18,301 nt of DNA. Origin: Candidatus Heimdallarchaeota archaeon (GTDB taxonomy: Archaea > Asgardarchaeota > Heimdallarchaeia > Heimdallarchaeales > Heimdallarchaeaceae). The number at the start of each line of letters is the position of its first letter. Position 1 is the first letter of the stretch. The position numbers and the translations under genes were made by a program. Location: contig DXJF01000111.1 in the NCBI GenBank assembly GCA_019057375.1, positions 1-18,301 of the forward strand, read 5' to 3'. The notes under the pieces are model-generated. The model was not told where the DNA came from and did no database searches. It was given only the letters and a program-made list of their open reading frames with translations. Shown piece by piece: positions 5,053 to 14,166 of the stretch.

Positions 5053-6906
5053 TCACCTTTGTTTTCTTTTTCTTAATGTAATCGTAATTGCTGTAAGGAT
5101 TCCAAGAGCCACAACAGAGCTGTGTACTCCATAACTTGATTCTTCTACTGATCCATTTGTTTCTATAGATATGTTGAATCCAGCCAAATTCAGGTACTCA
5201 ATCGCTTCAAAGATGCTGTATGGATACGTTGTTACACTTGGATTATAATAATCTGTATAATAACGAGAAATTGGTGAATCAGTTATATTAAACATTCCTT
5301 CATGATAAGCATTATTCAGAAATGTTTTATGAATCAATGATGACAAAGCTTTACGAATTGCCAAGGCTTTTGACACCCCTGTCTCATTGGTTGGTACATA
5401 GTTATTATTTCCTCCAAAGACTTCATTTTCTAAATTGAATGCTATGAAAATTAATGAGTTTTCTACTTTAAAATCAACTCTAAAGTTGTCATCAGGTATT
5501 GCAGGCTCAATTGCTGGATTCTTCCCAAAATCAGCTAAGTCTACCTTGCCTCCTTCTTGTAATTCTAAGTTCATTGAGTAACTATCAGAATAAGTTTGAG
5601 CTTCAATGGTTTCAAAAACTAGGTTTGTAATCTTACTGGAATCTATACCTATTCCATGCCAACCGTCAAATCTTTCTAAGGAAGCAGTAACATCTATATG
5701 GCTATCCGTTGCGTTAAATTTGTATTTTCCTGTTCCAAATGGATTTTCTCTATACTTAATCCATCTCGTTGATCCAACTATTTCTTCAATTGTACTCTCA
5801 ACATCCAAATAGTATTCAGGGTAGGTATAAACTGACAAATCTTCCAGGGCAAAAGCATAAGGTTCTTTTTCTATTGTTTCTGGAACTGAATCAATGTGAA
5901 CTGCAACTGTTGTACTATTATATACTTCATAAGAGTCTATCCATTTATAGAGTTGATAGTCTACGTTTGCATGTATACTTCTGATCAGATCTAAAGTAAA
6001 AATGACATCATCAACTGAAAACTCTTCACTAGTAAAAATCCCATCCACATCAGGTTGCCACTGAACATTGTCTCTTACATGAAGCAACAAAGTTGTTTGA
6101 TTAAGATAGTCCCAACTATCTATCAGTCCATATTTTGTAGGGGATCCTTTTTCATCCAAATGAATTAATTTATCCATGATAAGAGATACAAGTAATTTCT
6201 CTCCATCTTCCCTCATTGTTAGAGGACTTAAATCAAACCATCCTCCAATACCCAATTTTAGCTTAGTAACTGATTCTTGATTACTATGTAATCCATTGAA
6301 GGACATGTATGGAAGACTATCAGATATTCCCCACTTACTTGTAAAGCCATCTAAATTATCCCAGTAAGCAAATGTTCTTACTGGAGTAAAAATGGGTACC
6401 ATTGGAACTACATTATCCATCAGATGTTCTTGTAACGTAAAGAAGAGATTTTTTCTTGCATAGAAATCCATTTCTTGAGTTATATTGTTGATTAAATTAA
6501 GTGTAGTACCATTATCCATTGCATTTTGAAAATTGAAAACGTTTAAACTTGCACCCTCTTTAAATAGAAATTCCAAATGAGGGGCATTTTGACCACCAAT
6601 CTCAATTATAGCCATTTCATATTCTTTCGATCCAATAACTTGATCTAAAAATGTTGAATACTCCATCGGATAATCGGTAACTAAAATACCTACTTCTTTG
6701 ATATCTTGAACAATAGATTGAGCATAATCAGTGTAAAATAATTTTTCTGTTCCTTTTGTATAATACCTAATTGTTGAATCAAACACATCGCTTTTAGGAC
6801 CAGAACGTGGTCCAAACATCATTACAGTGAATATTGAGGTAATGACTAAAATACCAATTAATATGTAAACAATAGCTTTGTTGAATGGTTTCTCAGGTTT
6901 ACTCAT
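5053..6906 (-). CDS. ABC-type family-5 (DppA/OppA-like) solute-binding protein, apparently circularly permuted, with TM segments at both termini
   Basis: Motifs LHVRDNVQWQPD..FSVDDVIFT, PFGTGKY, FIAFNL, IRKALSSLI, YPYSIFEAIEYLNLAG, and IVQDIKEVGI...RKNLFFTLQEHL..VPMVPIF. ATG 6906 is preferred to the track start 6993, which overlaps zntA. Confidence 0.88.
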   Translation of the reverse strand: MSKPEKPFNKAIVYILIGILVITSIFTVMMFGPRSGPKSDVFDSTIRYYTKGTEKLFYTDYAQSIVQDIKEVGILVTDYPMEYSTFLDQVIGSKEYEMAIIEIGGQNAPHLEFLFKEGASLNVFNFQNAMDNGTTLNLINNITQEMDFYARKNLFFTLQEHLMDNVVPMVPIFTPVRTFAYWDNLDGFTSKWGISDSLPYMSFNGLHSNQESVTKLKLGIGGWFDLSPLTMREDGEKLLVSLIMDKLIHLDEKGSPTKYGLIDSWDYLNQTTLLLHVRDNVQWQPDVDGIFTSEEFSVDDVIFTLDLIRSIHANVDYQLYKWIDSYEVYNSTTVAVHIDSVPETIEKEPYAFALEDLSVYTYPEYYLDVESTIEEIVGSTRWIKYRENPFGTGKYKFNATDSHIDVTASLERFDGWHGIGIDSSKITNLVFETIEAQTYSDSYSMNLELQEGGKVDLADFGKNPAIEPAIPDDNFRVDFKVENSLIFIAFNLENEVFGGNNNYVPTNETGVSKALAIRKALSSLIHKTFLNNAYHEGMFNITDSPISRYYTDYYNPSVTTYPYSIFEAIEYLNLAGFNISIETNGSVEESSYGVHSSVVALGILTAITITLRKRKQR

Positions 6907-6946
6907 TAGCTCTACAATTATTTCTTTTGTAAAAATGTTTATTAAA

Positions 6947-9112
6947 TTATTTCTTTGACAACATCTCTCCGGAATAAAACTTCTTCCTACCAACTCTCAT
7001 TGCATTTAATATAACCAATAATGAAGCTCCCATATCTCCAATTAGCACTGCTAGCCAAAGCAAATTCGCACCTAGAAATGCCCCAAGAGCAATTGGTGTT
7101 GCATTAATTAAAACAAGTATAAAAAATGAGAATTTGATAAACAAAGATAAGTAAATATTAATTTGAATAGTTCTTTTAGTTTCTTTACTTAGTTTGAATA
7201 GATAAGGTAGACTGAATAAATTATCTGAGGAAAGCACAATATCAGCTGTTTCTATAGCAATTGCAGTTCCTGCTGCCCCCATTGCAATACCAACATCTGA
7301 AAGTGCTAAAGCGGGTGCGTCATTTATTCCATCACCAACCATAACCACTGTTTGATCTTTTTCTTTGAGATTTTTGATAAACTGCATTTTATGTTCTGGC
7401 AACAGTTCTGCTTCATAATTAATATCTAATTCTTCAGCAATTTTTGATGCTACTTCTTCATTATCACCAGTGAGCATTACTATATCTTTTACTCCAAGTT
7501 TTTTTAGTGAATTGACAGCTTCTTTGGTTTCACTTCGCAACTCATCAGACATGTGAATATGAGCTAAGATTGTTTTATCGTCTAAAACATAACTAACAAT
7601 GCTCTCAGTTTCTTCGCAATCTAGATCACAAGATTCTAACCCTAAAATGCTATCAACAAGCGATTCATTTCCAAGATAATAAGTTTCTTTCTTTCTTGTT
7701 CCTTTGATTCCCATCCCCGGCATTATTTCAACATCTTTATATCCAAACAATCTTGAATTGTTTTCTCTTCCCAAATCTATTATTGCTTCTGCAATTTTAT
7801 GTTCCGAATGATATTCTAAACCATATGCTATTTCTATAATTTCCTTCTCAGTATAACCTTCTAAAGCTTCAACTTTGTAAGCTTTTAGTTTTCCAGTAGA
7901 TAAGGTTCCAGTTTTATCCAATGCTAGGGTGTCTAAGTCAGATATAGCTTCGAGATATTTACCTCCTTTTATTAAAACACCCCTTTTTGAAGCTCTGGTT
8001 ATTGCCGTCACCACAGTTATTGGTGTCGATAGCACTAAAGCACAAGGACATGAGATCACCAGAATTACTAAACTCTGATATAGCCCTTCTCTAAGAACAG
8101 AAGGGTCAATTGGGATATTCAAAAAAATCCCAGATATCAAAAATACTGATAATGCAATTCCTACCATAATTGGCGTATAATATTTTGCAAACCTTTGGAT
8201 AAATTGTTCTCTTTTTGATTTCTGTTGTTCTGCTTCTTCTATCAGCTGTCTGATTCTAGCTACTGTACTTTCTTCAGGCATCCGTGTTACTCGAATAATA
8301 ATATAACCATCAATGTTTATAGACCCTGAAAATACTTTGTCTCCAACATCTTTATTGATTGGGATAGATTCTCCAGTTATTGGACTCTGGTCAACATTTG
8401 TTTTTCCCCAATCTATTTTTCCATCTATTGGAATTCTTGCTCCTGGTTTAACACTTACTCTATCGCCAACAACTAAATCACCTAGAGGAACTTCTTCGTG
8501 TTTTTTTCCTTTTATTAATCTAGTTGCTGTTGGTGGTGTTAAATCCATTAACTCTCTTATTGATTGTCTAGCTTTATCCATTGAAAATGCTTCTAACAAT
8601 TCCGCTATTGAAAAGAGAACAACAATTTCTGCTGCTTCTTCCCACTCACCTATTATCATGGCTCCAATTATAGCAAGAACCATTAGAAGATCTATGTCAA
8701 TTGTTTTGGTTCTAATAGAGCTTAAAGCTTTAAGATAAACAGGAATTCCACCAATTACTATAGCAGGAACATAAAAAAACAGGTCATTATTTTCAGGCAG
8801 AAATCCACGTGTGCTTAAAGCAATAATAAGGAAAACTAGTCCAAAAATAGCGAAAAGAAGGTTTTTGTTGTGTCTAATATTAAAGAATGATTTATGCTCG
8901 AAAGTGCTGTCAAACCTATATCCTGATTGCTTTATATTTGTTATGAGTTCCTTTTCACTAATTTGTTCCTTATCATATTCTACGATAAGTTTAGTAGATA
9001 CGAGGTTTAATTGCACATCACTTACACCAACTGCGTTTTGTAAATTTTTAGTAACTTTAGCAACGCAATTAGCACAATCTAAACCTGTAACAATACCTCG
9101 TAACTCCGCCAT
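6947..9112 (-). CDS. zntA: Heavy-metal P1B-type ATPase, Zn/Cd/Pb (P1B-2) type
   Basis: N-terminal HMA domain GLDCANC, TGES, membrane CPC, DKTGT phosphorylation site, GDGINDAPALA, TM Lys (LFIKF) and DMG. Start at ATG 9112 (MAELRG). Confidence 0.92.
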   Translation of the reverse strand: MAELRGIVTGLDCANCVAKVTKNLQNAVGVSDVQLNLVSTKLIVEYDKEQISEKELITNIKQSGYRFDSTFEHKSFFNIRHNKNLLFAIFGLVFLIIALSTRGFLPENNDLFFYVPAIVIGGIPVYLKALSSIRTKTIDIDLLMVLAIIGAMIIGEWEEAAEIVVLFSIAELLEAFSMDKARQSIRELMDLTPPTATRLIKGKKHEEVPLGDLVVGDRVSVKPGARIPIDGKIDWGKTNVDQSPITGESIPINKDVGDKVFSGSINIDGYIIIRVTRMPEESTVARIRQLIEEAEQQKSKREQFIQRFAKYYTPIMVGIALSVFLISGIFLNIPIDPSVLREGLYQSLVILVISCPCALVLSTPITVVTAITRASKRGVLIKGGKYLEAISDLDTLALDKTGTLSTGKLKAYKVEALEGYTEKEIIEIAYGLEYHSEHKIAEAIIDLGRENNSRLFGYKDVEIMPGMGIKGTRKKETYYLGNESLVDSILGLESCDLDCEETESIVSYVLDDKTILAHIHMSDELRSETKEAVNSLKKLGVKDIVMLTGDNEEVASKIAEELDINYEAELLPEHKMQFIKNLKEKDQTVVMVGDGINDAPALALSDVGIAMGAAGTAIAIETADIVLSSDNLFSLPYLFKLSKETKRTIQINIYLSLFIKFSFFILVLINATPIALGAFLGANLLWLAVLIGDMGASLLVILNAMRVGRKKFYSGEMLSKK

Positions 9113-9208
9113 TTTTTCCAATTTGATTTTCTTACTAGAATTATTAAGACTTATTATAAGCCAAAAACTAACTGAACAAAATAAAAGAAGTAAAGAAAAA
9201 AAGGACAA

Positions 9209-9550
9209 TCAAAGCTTATCTAATTTCTGAAGTTTCATAATTTCAGGCATAGAAGCTTTAATTTTTAGTAATTTTCGCTGATAAGCTTTAAATCCTGAAA
9301 GTTGTCCAGAATTCATATCAATAAAAGTATCAGTGCTCATTGAATACATAATATCCGGATTTTCTAGTTTCTCTTTCACTATAGGTTGAGGTTCTCCTTT
9401 CACCAACTCAATCACATAATACTCATCAACATCTATAAAGTGATATTGGAGTTTCTTAGACCATGTTTTGAAAAATTTGGCTACTTTTTCATTAGTATAT
9501 TTATCTTTTTGAGCTTCAAGAACCCTCATCACTTCGTCCATCTCAGCCAT
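9209..9550 (-). CDS. SCP2 sterol-carrier/lipid-transfer domain protein
   Basis: PDIMYSMSTDTFIDMNSGQLSGFKAYQRKLLKIKASM matches the SCP2 C-terminal pattern. ATG 9550 follows GGTGAG; an alternative GTG 9559 overlaps the ferredoxin stop. Confidence 0.82.
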   Translation of the reverse strand: MAEMDEVMRVLEAQKDKYTNEKVAKFFKTWSKKLQYHFIDVDEYYVIELVKGEPQPIVKEKLENPDIMYSMSTDTFIDMNSGQLSGFKAYQRKLLKIKASMPEIMKLQKLDKL

Positions 9551-9555
9551 TATAC

Positions 9556-9816
9556 TCACCCATAGCTAAAACGAACTCCAGTTCCACCCTTAGGTTCGCT
9601 GAAGTCAACAGCTTCATATTCGCAGACATTCCAACATGCACCACATTCTACACATTGTTTGAGATTTACTGGTCGATAGATTGCGCCATCTGGTTGCCAA
9701 ACATCTCTTGTACAGAATTTTGCACACTCTCCACAGCCTACACAATTGTCTTCAATTACTTTAATGAACTTTCCAGTTTCTCCTGGATAATATTCTACTT
9801 TCATTTCAACTTTCAT
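9556..9816 (-). CDS. 2x[4Fe-4S] ferredoxin, FixX-like
   Basis: CVGCGECAKFC and CVECGACWNVC motifs; C-terminal PKGGTGVRFSYG as in FixX; ATGA overlap with the upstream flavoprotein. Confidence 0.9.
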   Translation of the reverse strand: MKVEMKVEYYPGETGKFIKVIEDNCVGCGECAKFCTRDVWQPDGAIYRPVNLKQCVECGACWNVCEYEAVDFSEPKGGTGVRFSYG

Positions 9817-11114
9817 TTGCTCTTCCTCTCATTGTATAAATTCTCAAAATCCGGATCAACTGCAGCATAAGGTTGGATTAATTCTAGGAAATCATATGCT
9901 TCTTGGACTAGTTCAAAATTCTCCTCTTCAACACCCTTTAACCATTTAGTGTGTATTGCATTAGAGATAAATCCTCCTCCAATAATTACTTGCTGCATCA
10001 TTTGAGTAATTTCTTCATCTGTTTTAGTGAGAATGGATTCTTTGTTAACAGCTGCAATATGTCTGAATGCTTGCATAAAAAAATTCTCGCTTATCAATTC
10101 TTCATATCGCTCAGAGAGTTTTGCTTCTGAATAGTCACCAGCTTCTATTGCTTCAGCTGCTGCTTTAGCTGCATAAATCCCTGTAAAAAATGCTTCAGGC
10201 ATTCCTTCTCCTAGGAATGGAATCACAAATCCTCCTGCTTCACCAGTCAAAATCAATCCATTTCTTACTCTTCTTTCAATAGCTTCATCGTACTCTAAGT
10301 GCAGTCCCCATGAGGCAATTTCTCCTCCTTCAAGTTTCTTTTTGACTACTGGAAGATTCAAGAAATTCTCCATATATTGATTTACATTTGGAAATTCATC
10401 ATTAATCAGATTTTCATCCATATATCCTCCCGTTCCTAGTGTAACTGTATCTTTCTTTGGAAAGATCCATGGCCATGTTTTATGTTGAATTCCTGGAGAT
10501 AGATAGTATTCAATGCAATCACCAAATCTCTCATTAATCACTTCTTCTCCCAATTTAACAGCTACAGTAACATATAGAATCATATTCTGACCTTTTCTTT
10601 TAGGAATTAAACCTGCTTTACGACCAACAATTGAGTTGACACCAGCTGCGTCAATGATTACTTTACCATAGAATCTTTCTCCAGAGTCTGTTACAACTCC
10701 TTTGATGTAATCATCTTCTTCAATAATATCGACAACAGTTGTTGATAATTTAACTTCAGCTCCAGCTTTTCTGGCTTCTTCTGTATGCCAGGAATCTAGA
10801 TGATCTCTTCTTACTGAAAGGAGAAGAATTCCTTCTGATGGTATTTCATGAAAAACCGTTGTTCTATCATTATTGATGTGATAAGTTCTCATTTCTTTTA
10901 TCGTTCTTTCTACAGGACATTCCACGATGTAGTTTAGATCTGGTTCAAGAAGAGCAGCACCGTTTAGACAAGTTCCTGAAACATTCTTTTCTCCTGGAAC
11001 TTGCGATTTCTCGAGTATTAGAACCTTCAAACCAAGTTCTGCTGCTTTCTTTGCAGCTGCTGGTCCAGCACAGCCAGCTCCAATTACAATAACATCATAT
11101 TCATTATCATTCAT
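9813..11114 (-). CDS. FAD-dependent oxidoreductase, FixC / geranylgeranyl-reductase family
   Basis: YDVIVIGAGCAG Rossmann motif, LEKSQVPGEKNVSG, RRDHLDSW, DAAGVNS, WPWIFPK, GEAGGFV..GEGM. ATG 11114 follows GGAGG. Confidence 0.88.
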   Translation of the reverse strand: MNDNEYDVIVIGAGCAGPAAAKKAAELGLKVLILEKSQVPGEKNVSGTCLNGAALLEPDLNYIVECPVERTIKEMRTYHINNDRTTVFHEIPSEGILLLSVRRDHLDSWHTEEARKAGAEVKLSTTVVDIIEEDDYIKGVVTDSGERFYGKVIIDAAGVNSIVGRKAGLIPKRKGQNMILYVTVAVKLGEEVINERFGDCIEYYLSPGIQHKTWPWIFPKKDTVTLGTGGYMDENLINDEFPNVNQYMENFLNLPVVKKKLEGGEIASWGLHLEYDEAIERRVRNGLILTGEAGGFVIPFLGEGMPEAFFTGIYAAKAAAEAIEAGDYSEAKLSERYEELISENFFMQAFRHIAAVNKESILTKTDEEITQMMQQVIIGGGFISNAIHTKWLKGVEEENFELVQEAYDFLELIQPYAAVDPDFENLYNERKSK

Positions 11115-11159
11115 TCTATTTTTTTCCTCCTTGAAGATGAACATTAAAATTTTTGCTCA

Positions 11160-11192
11160 TTTCAGTGGTTTCATATAGCTTGGGCACTGAAA
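11160..11192. promoter_or_regulatory. Possible operator (8-bp inverted repeat) in a divergent intergenic region
   Basis: TTTCAGTG-N17-CACTGAAA between the flavoprotein operon and the M20 gene. Confidence 0.3.
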
Positions 11193-11304
11193 ATGTTTTT
11201 TTAAATCTTTATCCACATTGTCCAACACATGTTCGGAAATACATTTACAACATTTTGGAAATAGAAAAGAACCATAGATAAACAGAAAGATAAAAATAAC
11301 AAGG

Positions 11305-12507
11305 ATGATGAAAAATCTTATGGATATTAATAAATTTAAACAACTTCTTATTGATGAAGCTAAAGAAATTGAAAATTATGTAATTGAAAAACGAAGACAT
11401 TTTCACATGTATCCAGAAATAGGATATGAAGAAGAACAAACTTCTGCTCTTATTGAGCAGGAACTAGTGAAGATAGGGTATGATATTCAAAAAACTGCCA
11501 AAACAGGCATAATAGCTACATTTGATTCAGGAAAAGAGGGAAAAGTTATTGCATTAAGAGCTGATATCGATGCACTTAATGTAACTGAGGATAACGATAA
11601 ACCTTATTGCAGCAAAATTCCTGGAAAGATGCATGCATGCGGTCATGATGCACACACAGCTATGCTACTTGGGGCAGCATATATTATCTATAAACATAGA
11701 GACAAACTAACTGGTAAAGTTAAACTGCTCTTTCAACCAGCAGAGGAAGGTGGTGGAGGAGCAAAAAAAATAGTTGATGAAGGACATATTGCAGATATAG
11801 ATCAGATATTTGGTATTCATGTATGGAGAGAATTACAAAGTGGTATCATTGCAACCAGAAAAGGACCATTCCTCGCATCTTCTGATCAATTCATAATTGA
11901 GATTAAGGGGAAAGGCGGTCATGCAGCATCCCCCCATCAAACCTTTGATCCAACAGCAGTACTTGTTGACATCTATAATGCAATACAAAAGATAGTTAGT
12001 CGAGAGATTGACCCTCTGGAAAAAGCTGTTATTTCAACACCAATGTTAGAGGGCAGTGACGCCCACAATATCATTCCCTCAACTGCAAAATTAGAAGGAA
12101 CTTTCCGTACTTTTAGTAATGAAGTAAGAGACCAAATTATGAAAAGAATGCAAGAGATAGTTGAAGGTTATAGTCATGCTTGGAGATGTGAAGGAGCAAT
12201 TCAATTTGAAATAGGTGGAATATATTATCCACCAACGATCAATAATGCAGACAGCGTTGACGATGTTATTGAGATTCTAAGACCACTTGATGAAGTTCAG
12301 GAAGTTGAACTAACTATGGGTGGAGAAGATTTTGCTTTCTATCTTAATGAAACTAAAGGTGCATTCATCGCTCTTGGTTTGTATAATGAAGAGAAAGGAA
12401 TAATTCATCCTCACCATCATCCTAAATTCGATGTTGATGAAGATATTTTGTGGAAAGGAACAGCTGTTTATTCCATATTGGCTTTCTATAATCTATTTAA
12501 ATTGTAA
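11305..12507 (+). CDS. M20-family (M20D/Acy1-like) amidohydrolase or carboxypeptidase
   Basis: RRHFHMYPEIGYEE, LRADIDAL, MHACGHDAH, FQPAEEG, GKGGHAA, GGEDFAFY, HHHPKF. Confidence 0.93.
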   Translation: MMKNLMDINKFKQLLIDEAKEIENYVIEKRRHFHMYPEIGYEEEQTSALIEQELVKIGYDIQKTAKTGIIATFDSGKEGKVIALRADIDALNVTEDNDKPYCSKIPGKMHACGHDAHTAMLLGAAYIIYKHRDKLTGKVKLLFQPAEEGGGGAKKIVDEGHIADIDQIFGIHVWRELQSGIIATRKGPFLASSDQFIIEIKGKGGHAASPHQTFDPTAVLVDIYNAIQKIVSREIDPLEKAVISTPMLEGSDAHNIIPSTAKLEGTFRTFSNEVRDQIMKRMQEIVEGYSHAWRCEGAIQFEIGGIYYPPTINNADSVDDVIEILRPLDEVQEVELTMGGEDFAFYLNETKGAFIALGLYNEEKGIIHPHHHPKFDVDEDILWKGTAVYSILAFYNLFKL

Positions 12508-12518
12508 AATAGAGTAAG

Positions 12519-12554
12519 GTAAGACCCCCTAAGTCTTACACTTTTTCATTTTTC
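12519..12554 (+). terminator. Hairpin plus T-rich tract after the M20 gene
   Basis: GTAAGAC-cccctaa-GTCTTAC followed by ACTTTTTCATTTTTC. Confidence 0.55.
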
Positions 12555-12807
12555 TCCTAAATTCGCGAATTTAGTTCTTTCAAATGCTAGCAAACTATCT
12601 AGAACGATTATTTTACTCTAAAACGCATAAAACCTTGCCATAAGGTTATCCTAGCTATACTTAGACTACCTTTTTCACAAAATCATCTTTAACAAAAGGT
12701 GTATTATAAGAAGGTAGCAACTTCTGTTTTTCTCGAAACCGATAGTTACAGAACTTTAAAGAGCAAAATATATATATTCCCCAGCTCTAGATTCTAATAG
12801 GTAAAAG

Positions 12808-13257
12808 ATGGGGATAAATGTGAGTAAAGAGGTTACAAAAGGTAAAATAAGAGATTTAATCGAGAAGTACACTCAGAAACCAAGTCAAGAAAATGCTATG
12901 AGGCTTGGTAGGGCTATAGCTACTGATAATTCCCCCATAGAAGTCAAGAAATGGCGGTTTAGAATGGCATTGGATGTTGAAACCCCTGATATGTCAGTCT
13001 ATTCTACACTCAAGGCATGGTCGTCTATTACAATGTTAGAAGATAACTTGCCCTCAAGTATGAAAATAACAACTGTTAAGGAAATGTTAAAAAATCCAGA
13101 TCTTCAAACAGATGTCTTGGATGAAATCCTACAAAACATATTTAGTAGAAAAGAAATTCCCCGAGATTTGTTGAATTACTTAGCACCAGAATTTAAAAAA
13201 GCTTCAAGAATTTCAGAGGAACTAAAATCCTATGTTAATAATAAACAAATGTCTTGA
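12808..13257 (+). CDS. Hypothetical protein, 149 aa, probably helical
   Basis: ATG-initiated open frame preceded by AGGTAAAAG; no family recognised. Confidence 0.75.
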   Translation: MGINVSKEVTKGKIRDLIEKYTQKPSQENAMRLGRAIATDNSPIEVKKWRFRMALDVETPDMSVYSTLKAWSSITMLEDNLPSSMKITTVKEMLKNPDLQTDVLDEILQNIFSRKEIPRDLLNYLAPEFKKASRISEELKSYVNNKQMS

Positions 13258-13266
13258 ATTTATACT

Positions 13267-14052
13267 TCAAGCTTTTTTAATTGAATAAATTTCAAAGAAT
13301 GTCTTTGCAGCAATTTTAATCATCTCATGGCTGATGCCATATTGTAAGAATTGATAATTTTGTATTTCTAACGCTAAAATATTTTCAAACTTTTTTAAAT
13401 TCAGCTCTTCAGAAAATTTAACTATTGCTTGTTCAAAACATATTTGAACTTCTTCATCAGTTAATGCTTCTAATCTCCAAAGGATTAAACATCTTGATAG
13501 ATAGAGACTAAGTTCATCTACATTTCTTAACTTCTGATTTTCATTTTGAGAAAATAAATAAAACAATATTGACCCTATTCGAAACATTTCGTTAATTTTT
13601 TGTGGTAAACCTGATTGTTGATCTATAATTTCAAAAAGCTCTTTGAATGAATTAATTCTTTCAATAGATTCATCTTGTAAAGTTACGTCCTGTTCCAAGC
13701 AATCTAATTTAAAATCACATAGCATTTGATGAAATTCAGTAATCTCATTAGTAACATAGTCAGGTATTTCTTTTCCTAAAGGATATTCACGTGCAAGGTA
13801 AAACAGTTTATGGAGAACTCCACTGAGATAATTTAGCAAATTTGGACTGGAGTTAGTATTTTGGGACCATATCTCTGTAAGGAACTCTATTAATATACTA
13901 TATTGTGTATGAATATTGACATTTTCTACTAAAAGATCAGTAAGAAATTCTGCAGATATTTGACTAAGGTTTTCTCTTATTAACAGCAAGGATTTTGATG
14001 AAAAACCGTTCTCATAAACTTGGTCGTAAATTTCATCTTCTATATCAATCAT
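13267..14052 (-). CDS. Hypothetical acidic helical protein (start ATG 14052 or TTG 14064)
   Basis: Long open frame convergent with 12808-13257 across a 9-nt gap; no family recognised. Confidence 0.75.
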   Translation of the reverse strand: MIDIEDEIYDQVYENGFSSKSLLLIRENLSQISAEFLTDLLVENVNIHTQYSILIEFLTEIWSQNTNSSPNLLNYLSGVLHKLFYLAREYPLGKEIPDYVTNEITEFHQMLCDFKLDCLEQDVTLQDESIERINSFKELFEIIDQQSGLPQKINEMFRIGSILFYLFSQNENQKLRNVDELSLYLSRCLILWRLEALTDEEVQICFEQAIVKFSEELNLKKFENILALEIQNYQFLQYGISHEMIKIAAKTFFEIYSIKKA

Positions 14053-14166
14053 ATGTAATAACAAGCGTTAGTCTTTTTTTTATTATTGTGGTTGGACAAA
14101 TATTGAATGTTTTATATAAATAGAATTTCACCAAAATGCTTTTGTAGTTACTTTAAATTTCTACAC

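Noticed and set aside
9793-9816. Tandem ATGAAAGT(T/A)GAA giving MKVEMKVE at the ferredoxin start
   Set aside because: A 12-nt duplication that only creates an alternative start; no evidence of wider significance.
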